Numbered from the stretch's first letter, positions 34,049 to 45,002 are shown. The stretch: DNA of 64,000 nt from an uncultured Verrucomicrobiae bacterium (GCA_963762565.1 CAVXLD010000009.1:1-64000); one strand, 5' to 3'. Made by a program: numbers and translations. Notes: generated from the letters alone by a model not told the origin.

Positions 34049-34711
34049 ATGCAGTTGATTACCGGCCTAATCGACCTCCTTCTTCACTTGGACAAACATC
34101 TCGACGAACTTGCCGGCCAGTTCGGAGGTTGGACTTATCTGCTGCTATTCCTGATCGTTTTCGCCGAAAGCGGGATTATTCTGACCCCTTTTCTTCCGGG
34201 TGATGCCCTGCTTTTTGCTTTGGGCGCGTTAACCGCTACGACGACCCACTTCAGTCTGATTTTGATCCTGCTGCTTCTAACGATCGCTGCCCTGTCCGGT
34301 TACTTCTTCAACTACTGGGTGGGAGCGAGTCTCGGGAGGACGCTGTTTAAAGATCCCAACTCTAAGATCTTCCGCCGCAAATACTTGGATCAAACCCACG
34401 CGTTCTACGAACGTTACGGCGCCAAAACGATTCTTATTGCCCGTTATTTGCCGATCATCCGTACGTTCGCTCCTTTCGTTGCCGGGATGGCGGCGATGAC
34501 ATTCTCGAGATTTGTGATTTACACAGTGGTGGGCGGTGTTGTGTGGGTCCTAGTGGTGGTTTTGGCAGGCCACTTTTTCGGCGGGCTGCCCTACGTCCAA
34601 CACAATTTCTCCATTGTGATCCTAGCGATCATCATCGTCTCGTTGATCCCTACCGGCATCGAAATCTTACGGGGATATCTGGGCAGATCCAAAGCGGAAC
34701 CGGCGGAGTAG
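34049..34711 (+). CDS. dedA: DedA family membrane protein
   Basis: FAESG, PFLPGDALLF, ARYLPIIRTFAPFVAG. Confidence 0.93.
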   Translation: MQLITGLIDLLLHLDKHLDELAGQFGGWTYLLLFLIVFAESGIILTPFLPGDALLFALGALTATTTHFSLILILLLLTIAALSGYFFNYWVGASLGRTLFKDPNSKIFRRKYLDQTHAFYERYGAKTILIARYLPIIRTFAPFVAGMAAMTFSRFVIYTVVGGVVWVLVVVLAGHFFGGLPYVQHNFSIVILAIIIVSLIPTGIEILRGYLGRSKAEPAE

Positions 34712-34719
34712 AGCAAGAC

Positions 34720-35033
34720 GTGATTGGTGATTAGTGATTGGTGATTGGTGGGGGCTCCACCCCCAAACAATCAACGTGCAAGGCCCTGTAAACGCGCCGA
34801 GCTGTGGTCTACCGGGGGGCCACGGCTCGGCGTGTTTTTAGTCCCGTTAAATGGTTGGTCGAGAGATGCATTTTTTCCTTGATTAAGCTCTGGGTCGTTC
34901 GGGAGCCTCGCCCTACCAATCACCAATCACCAATCACCAATCACCAATCACCAATCACCAATCACCAATCACCAATCACCAATCACCTCACCAATCACCA
35001 ATCACCAATCACCAATCACCAATCACCAATCAC
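34720..35033. repeat. Family A element flanked by inverted heptamer arrays (ATTGGTG)x~4 and (CACCAAT)x~16
   Basis: gtgattggtgattagtgattggtgattggtgggggctcc ... gggagcctcgccctaccaat caccaat caccaat... Confidence 0.9.
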
Positions 35034-35099
35034 CTCTCACTTCTCCCCTCCCCCCTTCCCACTCTCCACTTTCCGGTCTATTCTCTCTTTCTACTCAAA

Positions 35100-38084
35100 A
35101 TGAATCCTGGTGCCCTCCTACAACAGGAAATTGAACATACGGGTCGCGAGATCTTTGCCTTAATCGATCAGAATCAGCGGGAAGCATCCGTTCTTCGGCG
35201 AAACGACTTTTACGGCCGGCTAATGGACTGGTGCATGCGGGACGAAAGTTTCAAAACTCAAATGTTCCGGTTCGTTGATGTGCTGCCCACGCTGACTTCA
35301 GCCGATGACGTGGTCAGGCATCTATCCGAATATCTTCGGGACTCAAAAGCAACCATCTCCGGATTACTCCGGGGTGCATTAAGCGTTGGCGCGGTTCTAC
35401 CTGCGGTGCCTGCAACCGTGATCAGGAAAAATGTAGCCGCAATGGCCAACATTTTCATTACCGGCAAGGATGGACAATCCTCCTTACGGAACCTTCGCCA
35501 AATTTGGAAAGAACAAGCGAGATTCACGGTAGATATTTTAGGCGAGACCGTCGTGAGCGACCGCGAGGCGGAACAATACGCGCAGCGTTACGGCCAATTG
35601 CTTGAGTTCCTGGCCGGCGCCACCGCCGATTGGCGAGTCGAAGGCCCGCTGGCGCCGACCGAACCGCCCCTGGTAAATGTGTCGGTAAAAATCTCAGCCC
35701 TTTGCGCGCGGATTCAGGCAACCGATCCAGACCGCAGCATCGAGATGATCTTGGCCCGGCTTCGTCCCATTATTACTCAGGCCAAAAGGTTGGGCGCTTT
35801 TATCAACCTCGACATGGAACATTATGGGTTGAAGCAGCTGACGATCGATCTTTTTAAAAAACTGCGCACCGACCCGGATTTTGTTGATTACCCACACCTG
35901 GGCCTCGTCATCCAATGCTATCTACGGGATTCTTTTGCTGATGCCGAGGATCTGCTCTCCTGGAATTCCAGCGTACGCAGACCTTTCACTATCCGGCTAG
36001 TGAAAGGCGCCTACTGGGACTACGAAAAAGTGATTGCCGCTCAACGCACCTGGGATGTGCCGGTCTTTGTTTCTAAACCGGAGACAGACGCTAATTACGA
36101 AAAAATTTCCCGCCTGCTTTTAGAAAATCGAGATCTCGTTTACCCGGCATTGGCCTCTCACAACGTCCGGAGTATCGCGCACGCCATGGTTTATGCTCGC
36201 AAGGTTGGCCTGAAACCCGGCGATTACGAGTTTCAGATGCTGTACGGGATGGCCAAGCCGATTCGCCGTGCCCTCGTCAGCCTTGGGCATCGCGTGCGCG
36301 AATATTGTCCGGTGGGCGAACTAGTTCCCGGAATGGCGTACCTCGTTCGCCGTCTGCTTGAAAACACGTCGAATGAAGGATTTCTGCGGGCAAAATTCAG
36401 TTCCAACGCTTCCATCTCTGCTTTGCTCGAGGACCCAAGCTCATTGATCGGGGATAACCAGCCTAACGGCCAGACCCGGCCTGCCTTAGCCCAACCTGCG
36501 TTCGTTAATGAGCCACCGGCCGATTTTGCGCTGAGCGATGCTCGCCAAAAAATGGACCTCGCTCTGCAACAAGTGCAGAAGCAATTCGGCAAACATTTCC
36601 CTCTCGTCATCAACGGTAAAAAGCTCAGCACCGACAGCGAGCTTCCTTCAGTGAATCCGGCCAAGCCGGACGAGGTCGTCGGTCGCAACGCTGCCGGGAA
36701 TTCCGTCAATGTTATGGATGCCGTGGCCGCCGCCCGGATAGCGTTCTCGCGCTGGAGCCAGACTCCTTTTGCGGAACGCGCTGGCATTATCCAAAGAGTC
36801 GCCGACCGGCTTCGCCAACGCCGGTACGAGCTGGCCGCCTGGGAAGTATTCGAGGTCGGTAAAACCTGGATGGAAGCTGACGCCGATGTGGTTGAGGCGA
36901 TCGATTTTTGTGAGTTCTACGCGGAAGAGGCGCGCCGGTTAGGGCGCGGTAGACTCACTCAGGATATCCCCGGCGAAGTCAGCATCGAGAATTACGTCCC
37001 CAGGGGCGTCGGCGCGATCATTGCCCCTTGGAATTTTCCGCTCGCCATTCTCTGCGGGATGACAGTGGCCGCTCTGGTAACCGGTAACACGGTCGTGATC
37101 AAACCAGCCGAACAATCGGGTGTCATCGGCGCTCTTTTCATGGAGGCATTGGAAGAGGCTGGCATCCCTCCGGGAGTCGCTAACCTGGTGAGTGGCACTG
37201 GCGAAGCAGTCGGTTCTTACCTGGTCGTTCATCCGGAGGTCGATTTCGTTGCATTTACCGGCTCGCGCGAAGTGGGAACCTCCATCTGGCAGCTCGCCGG
37301 CATCACTCATCCCGAACAAAGAAACTTGAAAAAAGTGATCTGCGAGATGGGCGGGAAAAACGCGCTCATTGTGGATACCGATGCCGACCTCGATGAAGCA
37401 GTGCTCGGCATCATCCATTCGGCGTTCGGCTTTCAAGGTCAGAAATGTTCCGCGCTTTCCCGGCTGATTTTGGTGGGAGAAGTCGGTGACCGGCTAATGC
37501 CGCGTCTCACAGAAGCAGCCGCCGCCTTGAAGATCGGCTATCCTGAAGATCCTTCCACAGATGTCGGGCCGGTTATCGACGCCGATGCTAAATCAAAGAT
37601 CGATCGGTACCGGGCCATCGGAAAGCAGAAACACAAAACCGCCTTCGAAGCCGTTATACCTGACCACTTAAAAGGCTATTTCGTTCCGCCCACGATTTTC
37701 GTCGATGTACCCATCGATGCGCAGATCGCTCAGGAAGAAATCTTCGGGCCGGTTTTATCGGTCCATCAAGCCCTCGATCTCACGGAGGCGATCGAAATGG
37801 CAAATTCGACCCCGTTTGCGTTGACCGGTGGACTTTATTCCCGTAGCCCGGAGAACATCGCGAAAGTGCGAGATAGTTTCCAAGTTGGGAATCTCTATAT
37901 TAACCGGTCCATCACTGGGGCTATCGTCGGCCGCCATCCGTTCGGCGGTTTTTATATGTCCGGCGGCGGCACGAAAGCTGGTGGACGCGACTATCTGCTC
38001 CATTTCACCTTCCCACGCGTAGTAACCGAAAATACGCTGCGCCGCGGGTTCGCGCCGGAGACTGCGGAGGTGAGAAGTGAGTAG
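35100..38084 (+). CDS. putA: Bifunctional proline dehydrogenase / P5C dehydrogenase
   Basis: FRFVDVLP, RLVKGAYWDYE, EFQMLYGM, YLVRRLLEN; PWNFP, FTGS, EMGGKN, GQKCSA, EEIFGP. Confidence 0.96.
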   Translation: MNPGALLQQEIEHTGREIFALIDQNQREASVLRRNDFYGRLMDWCMRDESFKTQMFRFVDVLPTLTSADDVVRHLSEYLRDSKATISGLLRGALSVGAVLPAVPATVIRKNVAAMANIFITGKDGQSSLRNLRQIWKEQARFTVDILGETVVSDREAEQYAQRYGQLLEFLAGATADWRVEGPLAPTEPPLVNVSVKISALCARIQATDPDRSIEMILARLRPIITQAKRLGAFINLDMEHYGLKQLTIDLFKKLRTDPDFVDYPHLGLVIQCYLRDSFADAEDLLSWNSSVRRPFTIRLVKGAYWDYEKVIAAQRTWDVPVFVSKPETDANYEKISRLLLENRDLVYPALASHNVRSIAHAMVYARKVGLKPGDYEFQMLYGMAKPIRRALVSLGHRVREYCPVGELVPGMAYLVRRLLENTSNEGFLRAKFSSNASISALLEDPSSLIGDNQPNGQTRPALAQPAFVNEPPADFALSDARQKMDLALQQVQKQFGKHFPLVINGKKLSTDSELPSVNPAKPDEVVGRNAAGNSVNVMDAVAAARIAFSRWSQTPFAERAGIIQRVADRLRQRRYELAAWEVFEVGKTWMEADADVVEAIDFCEFYAEEARRLGRGRLTQDIPGEVSIENYVPRGVGAIIAPWNFPLAILCGMTVAALVTGNTVVIKPAEQSGVIGALFMEALEEAGIPPGVANLVSGTGEAVGSYLVVHPEVDFVAFTGSREVGTSIWQLAGITHPEQRNLKKVICEMGGKNALIVDTDADLDEAVLGIIHSAFGFQGQKCSALSRLILVGEVGDRLMPRLTEAAAALKIGYPEDPSTDVGPVIDADAKSKIDRYRAIGKQKHKTAFEAVIPDHLKGYFVPPTIFVDVPIDAQIAQEEIFGPVLSVHQALDLTEAIEMANSTPFALTGGLYSRSPENIAKVRDSFQVGNLYINRSITGAIVGRHPFGGFYMSGGGTKAGGRDYLLHFTFPRVVTENTLRRGFAPETAEVRSE

Positions 38085-38317
38085 CGTTGTGACGAAATTC
38101 GCAAGGGCGGAGAGATGAACGCCAAAGCGGCTCCCCTCCAGGCGATGCGAATAAACAGACCTTTTCCGGGTGCCACCCCAAGCGGGAGCACAGCCCACAG
38201 AGACAGATGAATCAATGCCTGTTAACGATTGTGAAGCCAGGGATATTTCCTCCCTGGCTTGGCTTACTAGTCAACCGATTCTGCCTCACACGACAACGGC
38301 GTGAGCGATCCAAACCC

Positions 38318-39412
38318 TCAAACCACACTCCGCTTCTTCTTTCCGAGAGCGGATTTCACCAGCAACAATTCGCTGACGTTCTCCGGCGTGAAGAGACCAA
38401 CCAATCGCCCGGTGTTATCCAGGACCGGCAATGCGGTCACTCCAGCCTGTCTGACGAAGTCCAGAGCCCGGTCTAGACTGGTTTGGGGAAGAACGGTCGG
38501 CAGGCCCTTCACCATGACATCGATCACGGGCGTATCGACGCCGCTGTTGCGGAGGGCCACCAGCAGATCATGTTTGGTTAACAACCCGGCGAAACCACCA
38601 TTGTCATCCAGCACCGGGAATTCATGCTGAGACGTTCCCAACAAAACATCGATCGCCTGGTTTAACGTCGCCCGATGATCCAGCGTATCGAAACGAGTCA
38701 CCATCGCGCTCGAAACTGGTAAGCCGGCTGTGACCGAGCGCATCTGCACGATGGCCGCTTCACTTTCCGCCGCCATATAAATAAAGATGGCAATCAGAAT
38801 CAGGAGAAATTGACCGGTGAATGCGGCGAAGATGCCAAGTGCCAGGGCAATACCTTGCCCAATACCGGCTGCAAGCCTGGTCGCCCGCGCGTATTCCATT
38901 CGCGTAGCTAAAAGCGCGCGCAGCACCCGACCTCCATCCAAAGGGAACGCCGGGATCAGGTTGAACACCACCATGATGACGTTCGCCGAAAATAACATTT
39001 GGAGGAGACTAGGATCGGTAACGATCGCTATCAGATCTAAACCGCCCGTCGCGAGTAACACCCCGCCCAGAGCGATAATAATCACTACATTGACCAGCGG
39101 CCCCGCGATTGCCACCACCAATTCTTGCACGGGTTTCTCCGGCATTCTTTCCATGCGAGCAACGCCGCCGATCGGATACAAAGTGATATCAACCGTCGGA
39201 ATCCCGTATGCCTTCGCAGCCAGCGCGTGCCCCAGTTCGTGCAGCAAGACACAAAGGAAAATCAAGAGCCAAATCACAACGACGCTAACCCCCGACCCTG
39301 CTCCTACCGTGTGACCGGAAAAGTACGCCACAAATCCTAGAAGTAGGAAAAACGTAGCGTGGATCCGAACGTCGATCCCTGCTATGCGCGCAACTTTAAA
39401 CGACCATCTCAT
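38318..39412 (-). CDS. Site-2 protease (M50) with CBS domains
   Basis: HELGH, FNLIPAFPLDGGR, C-terminal CBS pair. Confidence 0.93.
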   Translation of the reverse strand: MRWSFKVARIAGIDVRIHATFFLLLGFVAYFSGHTVGAGSGVSVVVIWLLIFLCVLLHELGHALAAKAYGIPTVDITLYPIGGVARMERMPEKPVQELVVAIAGPLVNVVIIIALGGVLLATGGLDLIAIVTDPSLLQMLFSANVIMVVFNLIPAFPLDGGRVLRALLATRMEYARATRLAAGIGQGIALALGIFAAFTGQFLLILIAIFIYMAAESEAAIVQMRSVTAGLPVSSAMVTRFDTLDHRATLNQAIDVLLGTSQHEFPVLDDNGGFAGLLTKHDLLVALRNSGVDTPVIDVMVKGLPTVLPQTSLDRALDFVRQAGVTALPVLDNTGRLVGLFTPENVSELLLVKSALGKKKRSVV

Positions 39413-39452
39413 TGTTAGGTTGTAACCTTAACTTCTCCTATAAGTTGCTATA

Positions 39453-39734
39453 ATGCTAACCCGACTGAAGGTCCGCGTCACCCCGAACGCCCGAAAGAAT
39501 GCGGTCGTTTCGTGGACTGACGATGAGCTCCGGTTGAAAGTCAAAGCGCCCGCTATCGACGGCAAAGCCAATGCCGCCCTCATCGAATACCTTTCTGAAC
39601 TGACCGGTGCACCGCGTTCAAAAATCCAAGTTAGGTTCGGCGAGAAGGCGCGAACAAAGATCATGGAGATAGATGGGCTGACGCCAGACGAGGTCCGGGA
39701 CCGGATCAGGGCTGAGGCCAGCAGAGTGAACTAG
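39453..39734 (+). CDS. DUF167/YggU family protein
   Basis: VRVTPNA, APAIDGKANAALIEYL, GEKARTK. Confidence 0.9.
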   Translation: MLTRLKVRVTPNARKNAVVSWTDDELRLKVKAPAIDGKANAALIEYLSELTGAPRSKIQVRFGEKARTKIMEIDGLTPDEVRDRIRAEASRVN

Positions 39735-40055
39735 CCCCCGGAACGAGCTTATCTTTAATGATGGCACACGCTGGACCGGCGGCTCGGCGGCGCAGAGACA
39801 TAGAGTCGCGCACAGCACAAGATCGTTCTGACCTCCGCTAACGCGTTGGGTAGCACAGGAGCCTCGCCCCACCAATTTTTCGGCCTACGACACCAATCAC
39901 CCCATCGACGCGCTCTATGCTTGCTCGGGGCAGGCCTTTCACCTTTCACCGTTTTGCCCCCATCGCCCGCCCTCTCACGTCTCACCTCTCACTTCTCACG
40001 GTTTCAGGCCCCTTTGCGTCCCACCCAAAAAATGGTAGCTTCGGTGCTCTTCGAA

Positions 40056-42788
40056 ATGAACTACAAAGAGACTCTCAATCTGCCGAAAACCGATTTCCCG
40101 ATGAAGGCTAATCTCACTACGCGGGAACCGGAGATTTTGGCGAAATGGGAGTCAAACCAGCTCTACCAGAAGATCCAGGATAAAAGCAAAGACGCGCCGC
40201 TATTTGTTCTCCACGATGGGCCGCCGTTCGCAAATGGCGACGTCCATATGGGGACCGCGCTTAACAAAATCCTGAAAGATCTGATCGTGAAGAGCCGGGC
40301 CATGGCCGGGTACCGGGCGCCGTACGTACCGGGGTGGGACTGCCACGGCCTGCCGATCGAATTTAAGGTCGTAAAAGAATCGCAAGGACTTTCCCCTCTT
40401 GAAGTCCGGGAGCGTTCGGAGAAATACGCTCGCAAGTACATCGATATCCAACGCCAACAATTTCGGCGTCTAGGCGTCCTCGGTGATTGGGAACATCCCT
40501 ACCTGACACTCGATCCTGCTTATGAAGCCGAGATCCTCCGAGTATTCGCGCAGATCGTCGAGCGCGGCTTAGTCTATCAAAGCAAAAAGCCGGTTTATTG
40601 GAGCACCGGAGCCCAGACGGCTCTAGCTGAAGCGGAGGTAGAATATAAAGAACGCCGGGACCCGTCGATCTATGTCCAATTTGCGCTGACCAGCGGCCCT
40701 TTTGCCGGAAAAGCATCGGTGGCGATCTGGACAACCACACCTTGGACATTGGCAGCCAACGTCGTGGTGGCGGTGCATCCGAATATTACTTATCTGGTCC
40801 AGAAGTTTGAGCATCCGGAGACTCAAGAGAGCGTTACTCTGCTGTTGGCCCAGGAACTTATAGGTTCGTTTTCACAGAACACGGGATGGAAGGCGGTTGG
40901 AGACCCTTTGACAACGCTGACCGGCAGGCAGTTTGAAGGCTGGAAATATCGGCATCCGTTCCTGGATCGGGAAGGAACGGTTCTGACCGCCGAATTCGTG
41001 ACCTTAGATGCCGGTACCGGATGTGTGCATATCGCTCCCGGGCACGGTGAAGACGACTACCAGCTCGGAGTAAAACATCAGCTACCTGTGTTATCTCCGG
41101 TCGACGATTACGGGCGCTACACGGACGAGGTCGGGGTTGCGGAATGGGTCGGGAAATATGTCTTTGATGCCAACCGCGATGTAATCGAGTTGCTCAAGAC
41201 CCGAAAAGCGCTTTTAGGCGAGCAACACTACGACCACTCCTATCCTCATTGTTGGCGATCGAAAACGCCGGTCGTATTCCGTGCGGTCGAACAGTTTTTT
41301 ATCCGGGTCGACACTATCAAACCGGCTGCGCTGGCCGCCATCGACCAGGTGAAATGGGTGCCAAGCTGGGGACGTAATCGTATCTACGCAACGGTAGAGT
41401 CGAGACCGGATTGGTGTATCTCGAGACAACGGAGCTGGGGTGTACCGTTACCCGTATTCTATCAAGAAGGTAAACCGGTGTTGAATTCTATCTGGATCCG
41501 GCGATTTGCAGATCTTGTGGCCAAGAAAGGCACCAATGTCTGGTATGCTCTCAACAACGAAGAATTGGCTAGGGAACTGGACTTACCTTTTGGATTAACC
41601 CGGCGAAATGACACGCTGGATGTCTGGATCGATTCCGGGGTTAGTCATGAAGCGGTCCTAAAGAGCCGGCCCGATCTTCGCTGGCCAGCTGATGTCTACA
41701 TCGAGGCCACAGACCAACATCGCGGCTGGTTTCAATCTTCACTGATCACCAGCGTCGCTCTTTACGATAAGGCGCCGTATCGAGAGGTTTTGACTCATGC
41801 GTTCGTAGTCGACGTCGATAGCCGGCAAAAGCTATCCAAGTCTCAGCAGGGCGCTTACGCCAAGCCGACGGAAGCGGAATATTTTGTTAAGAAATATGGC
41901 GCTGACCTGGTGCGTCTTTGGGTCGCAAGTGTCAATTTCGCGGATGAAGTGCCTTTTGGTGAAAAGCTGTTTGAACAGCTGACGGATACCTATCGCCGGA
42001 TCCGTAACACACTGCGCATTCTGTTAGGAAACCTTCACGATTTCGATCCCAATGCCGCAGGCAAAATCGAATTAACTTTAGTCGATCGCTGGATGGTTAG
42101 CCGGCTCGAAGAATTGGTCAGGTTATGTCGCGAAGCCTATGAACGTTACGAGTTTCATAAGGTCCACTATCTGGTTAATCAGTTTTGCTCGGTTGAGCTC
42201 AGCAGCCTTTATATCGATATCACGAAGGATCGCATGTATTGCGATGCGCCCAATGGACCGCGGCGGCGAGCGACTCAATCGGTGATGTACCGCGTGTTCG
42301 ACCGGCTTACTCGGTTGCTGGCGCCGATCCTTGTTTTCACCGCAGATGAAGCCTGGAGCTATTTCCACAAAGAAAACTCGATTCACCTCGAACAGTTCCC
42401 CGAGGCGGATTCTGCGCAGATCGATACGGAAGCGGTTCAGGATGTGGAAGCGCTTTTGCGAGCGCGCAATGTGGTATCTCACGCCTTAGAAACCGCGCGG
42501 CAACAGAAGCTCATCGGAAATAATCTCGAGGCGAATGTGCAATTGACTTTGCCCGCCGAAGATCGGGTCCATCGTTTGCATCTGGACGAGGTAGAGGAGT
42601 TTTTGATTCTGAGCCATCTCGATCTGTCGGCAGGAGAAGGTGAACCTGTGGCCACGGCCACCCGGACCGATCGACAACGGTGTGAACGTTGTTGGCGTCA
42701 TCGCGCCATGGTGGGCGCCATCGCCGAACATCCAACCCTCTGTGACCGGTGCGCGGAAGTAGTTGATGAAATAACCGTTCAGAAATGA
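40056..42788 (+). CDS. ileS: Isoleucine--tRNA ligase
   Basis: YKETLNLPKTDFPM, HDGPPFANG-HMG, WDCHGLP, DWCISRQR, KLSKS, CERCW. Confidence 0.97.
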   Translation: MNYKETLNLPKTDFPMKANLTTREPEILAKWESNQLYQKIQDKSKDAPLFVLHDGPPFANGDVHMGTALNKILKDLIVKSRAMAGYRAPYVPGWDCHGLPIEFKVVKESQGLSPLEVRERSEKYARKYIDIQRQQFRRLGVLGDWEHPYLTLDPAYEAEILRVFAQIVERGLVYQSKKPVYWSTGAQTALAEAEVEYKERRDPSIYVQFALTSGPFAGKASVAIWTTTPWTLAANVVVAVHPNITYLVQKFEHPETQESVTLLLAQELIGSFSQNTGWKAVGDPLTTLTGRQFEGWKYRHPFLDREGTVLTAEFVTLDAGTGCVHIAPGHGEDDYQLGVKHQLPVLSPVDDYGRYTDEVGVAEWVGKYVFDANRDVIELLKTRKALLGEQHYDHSYPHCWRSKTPVVFRAVEQFFIRVDTIKPAALAAIDQVKWVPSWGRNRIYATVESRPDWCISRQRSWGVPLPVFYQEGKPVLNSIWIRRFADLVAKKGTNVWYALNNEELARELDLPFGLTRRNDTLDVWIDSGVSHEAVLKSRPDLRWPADVYIEATDQHRGWFQSSLITSVALYDKAPYREVLTHAFVVDVDSRQKLSKSQQGAYAKPTEAEYFVKKYGADLVRLWVASVNFADEVPFGEKLFEQLTDTYRRIRNTLRILLGNLHDFDPNAAGKIELTLVDRWMVSRLEELVRLCREAYERYEFHKVHYLVNQFCSVELSSLYIDITKDRMYCDAPNGPRRRATQSVMYRVFDRLTRLLAPILVFTADEAWSYFHKENSIHLEQFPEADSAQIDTEAVQDVEALLRARNVVSHALETARQQKLIGNNLEANVQLTLPAEDRVHRLHLDEVEEFLILSHLDLSAGEGEPVATATRTDRQRCERCWRHRAMVGAIAEHPTLCDRCAEVVDEITVQK

Positions 42789-43288
42789 AGTTCCTGGTTC
42801 TGGTTACTTTGCCCCTGATCTTGATCGATCAGTTAACCAAGTGGCTTATCCAAACCCATATTCCTTATGGAGGCGTGGTCCCAATTATCCCGGGCTTTTT
42901 CAGCCTGGTTTATGTCAGCAATACCGGAGCCGCGTTCAGTATCTTTCAAGGGAACAACTTTTTCTTTATCGCGTTAGCCTTGGTTGCCTTGCTCGCGGTC
43001 CTGTTTTGGTTAATTCGGGACCAATTTAATCCCAAGAAAGAGCACCGGATGAGCGTGGTGACCAAAATTGCTTGCAGCCTCTTTGCCGCCGGGATCGTTG
43101 GTAACTTGTTAGATCGCGTTTTGAAAGGGTCAGTGGTCGATTTTCTCGATTTCTACATCAAAAGCTACTCCTGGCCTTCTTTTAATGTGGCAGATAGCTG
43201 TATCTGTATTGCCGCCGCGCTCTTGGTTTTGATGTCTTTTCGCAAGCCACAGCCTGGATCGCTAGCTGGATCGTCAAAATCCGGATAG
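42785..43288 (+). CDS. lspA: Signal peptidase II
   Basis: DQLTK, NTGAAFS, GNLLDR, VVDF, FNVAD; follows ileS. Confidence 0.96.
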   Translation: MKFLVLVTLPLILIDQLTKWLIQTHIPYGGVVPIIPGFFSLVYVSNTGAAFSIFQGNNFFFIALALVALLAVLFWLIRDQFNPKKEHRMSVVTKIACSLFAAGIVGNLLDRVLKGSVVDFLDFYIKSYSWPSFNVADSCICIAAALLVLMSFRKPQPGSLAGSSKSG

Positions 43289-43291
43289 GCC

Positions 43292-43475
43292 GGGAGGGAT
43301 CGCAGCCTGTCCGACATAGCCTTCCATCGTGGGGTCTTTTCTTCTCAGCTCTGGCGACGTCGGATCCCCGCGATCCGTTTGTTTGCGGAGCCGAGGACGT
43401 TCTATAATGGTGGGCGAAAATACACCCTTTGGTTGAAACACGTCCTCGCGGCGCGCTGGGGACGCGCGCCCTCCC
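43292..43475. repeat. Family B copy with internal insertion at 43305-43364
   Basis: gggagggatcgc[agcctgtccgacatagcc...ggcgacgtcgga]tccccgcgatcc ... ggggacgcgcgccctccc. Confidence 0.85.
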
Positions 43476-43482
43476 CAATTGC

Positions 43483-44844
43483 CTACCCCTCCAACGCCTC
43501 TATCTTCGCCGCTGGAATTGACGGCTCTAGCGTCTGCAAAAGCTTCAGCGCCCCTGATCGGTCCTTAATCTCGCCATCCAATTGTGCGGTCTGGACCGCT
43601 TCTAAGATTTCGCCGAACCGGGGGCTTGGTTTGAGTCCAAGCGCGATCAAGTCACGTCCGGTCAGCAACGGCGGCGGAATGATCGGTTCGTTCTCAAACT
43701 CTTTCTGTTTGTTCACCAGCAGATCGTATGTCTGCAAATCTCCGTGGCTCCCAAGGCAGTCGACCCGGTGTAATTCCAACTCTAAAGGAAAATTCTGGCG
43801 TCCCATGAAGCGGCGCAGCTTCGCCGGCCGCATATTCGGCGTGTCCTTGAATACCATGTGATGGCGGATCGCCTCGACCACCGTTTCGATCTCCTCATTC
43901 GAAAAACGAAGCCGGGTCATGATTTCCACGGCCATATCTGCTCCGACCTGGTCATGACCGTTGAATCGAATCCGCTGGTCGACCTCATCAAAACTGTAGG
44001 TAACAGGTTTTCCAATGTCATGCAGAAGGACTGACAGGGCTAGCAACGGGGAAGCATCGGCCGGCAAAAGACTCAGCATCAACCGGGTATGGACATAGAC
44101 ATCTCCTTCCGGATGAAATTGTGGTGGTTGCTCACAACCATGCGTCCGGTTCACCTCCGGTAGGATGTTTTGCAAGAGCCCGCTTTGATCAAGCAGATCG
44201 AGTCCGCGAACCCGATGGGAATCGGCCATGATCTTCACCAACTCATCCCGGATCCGTTCCTGGCTTACGGTTTTAATCTGGTGCGCGTTTTCTGTGACCG
44301 CTTTCCAAGTAGCTGGTTCGATTTCGAAGTCGAGCGCAGCAGCAAAACGGACCGCGCGCAAAAGGCGAAGATGATCCTCAGAAAACCGTTCCTTGGGTTC
44401 TCCGATCGCCCGTATCAGCCGGCGCTCCAGATCCGATCTGCCGCCCACAAAATCAACGACTTGATCTTCGACCGGATCATAGAACATGCCGTTAATCGTA
44501 AAATCACGGCGTCTAGCATCTTCTCCCGGAGAAGAAAAAGTGACTGAGACTGGGCGTCGTCCATCGAGATAGACGCCATCGGAGCGAAAGGTTGCGACTT
44601 CAAACTCGAATCCTTCGTCCAACACCCGAACCACCCCGAATTTGGCTCCGACTGCCACTGTCCGAGCAAACAGCTTTTGTACCTCATCGGGCTTCGCGTC
44701 GGTGGCGATATCGATATCTTTCGGCTGTTTCCGCAGGAGCGCGTCCCGGACACTGCCGCCCGCGAAGTAAGCCAGAAAGCCGCTCTCCCGAAGGCGACGT
44801 ACCAGTTTCGTCGCCGCCCGCGAAAGCGAATCAGACAAAAGCAT
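43483..44844 (-). CDS. CCA tRNA nucleotidyltransferase/poly(A) polymerase family with HD domain
   Basis: GGSVRD, DIDIAT, RRDFTIN, EDHLRLLRAVRF, HDIGK. Confidence 0.92.
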   Translation of the reverse strand: MLLSDSLSRAATKLVRRLRESGFLAYFAGGSVRDALLRKQPKDIDIATDAKPDEVQKLFARTVAVGAKFGVVRVLDEGFEFEVATFRSDGVYLDGRRPVSVTFSSPGEDARRRDFTINGMFYDPVEDQVVDFVGGRSDLERRLIRAIGEPKERFSEDHLRLLRAVRFAAALDFEIEPATWKAVTENAHQIKTVSQERIRDELVKIMADSHRVRGLDLLDQSGLLQNILPEVNRTHGCEQPPQFHPEGDVYVHTRLMLSLLPADASPLLALSVLLHDIGKPVTYSFDEVDQRIRFNGHDQVGADMAVEIMTRLRFSNEEIETVVEAIRHHMVFKDTPNMRPAKLRRFMGRQNFPLELELHRVDCLGSHGDLQTYDLLVNKQKEFENEPIIPPPLLTGRDLIALGLKPSPRFGEILEAVQTAQLDGEIKDRSGALKLLQTLEPSIPAAKIEALEG

Positions 44845-45002
44845 CAATCAGGGTCGACAAGTGAGGAACTCTCGTCAAGCACGACCATGTCCGCCTGGGC
44901 TGCTTCTTTGGCCGACGCGGCCGGCAGTTGCAACTCCATATAGGCGTGCAACAAAGCGGTTTCCCGCTGTTCTTCGTTCAAATGAAACGTTTGGCTCTCC
45001 AA
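44844..45002 (-). CDS. Small 52-aa hypothetical protein (not in ORF track)
   Basis: GGAGGATAAGGAG before TTG; MESQTFHLNEEQRETALLHAYMELQLPAASAKEAAQADMVVLDESSSLVDPD*; TGATG overlap with the CCA gene start. Confidence 0.65.
   Translation of the reverse strand: MESQTFHLNEEQRETALLHAYMELQLPAASAKEAAQADMVVLDESSSLVDPD

Noticed and set aside
34915..35033. CRISPR array
   Set aside because: No spacers and no cas genes; dispersed repeats elsewhere are not regularly spaced
34804..35103. ORF with SPITNHQ repeats
   Set aside because: Translation of the CACCAAT array and REP, not a credible gene
39846..40055. Long N-terminal extensions in the ORF track (ileS; likewise hldA, etfA, aminotransferase, kdsB)
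   Set aside because: They run through intergenic or repeat DNA; downstream ATGs match family N-termini
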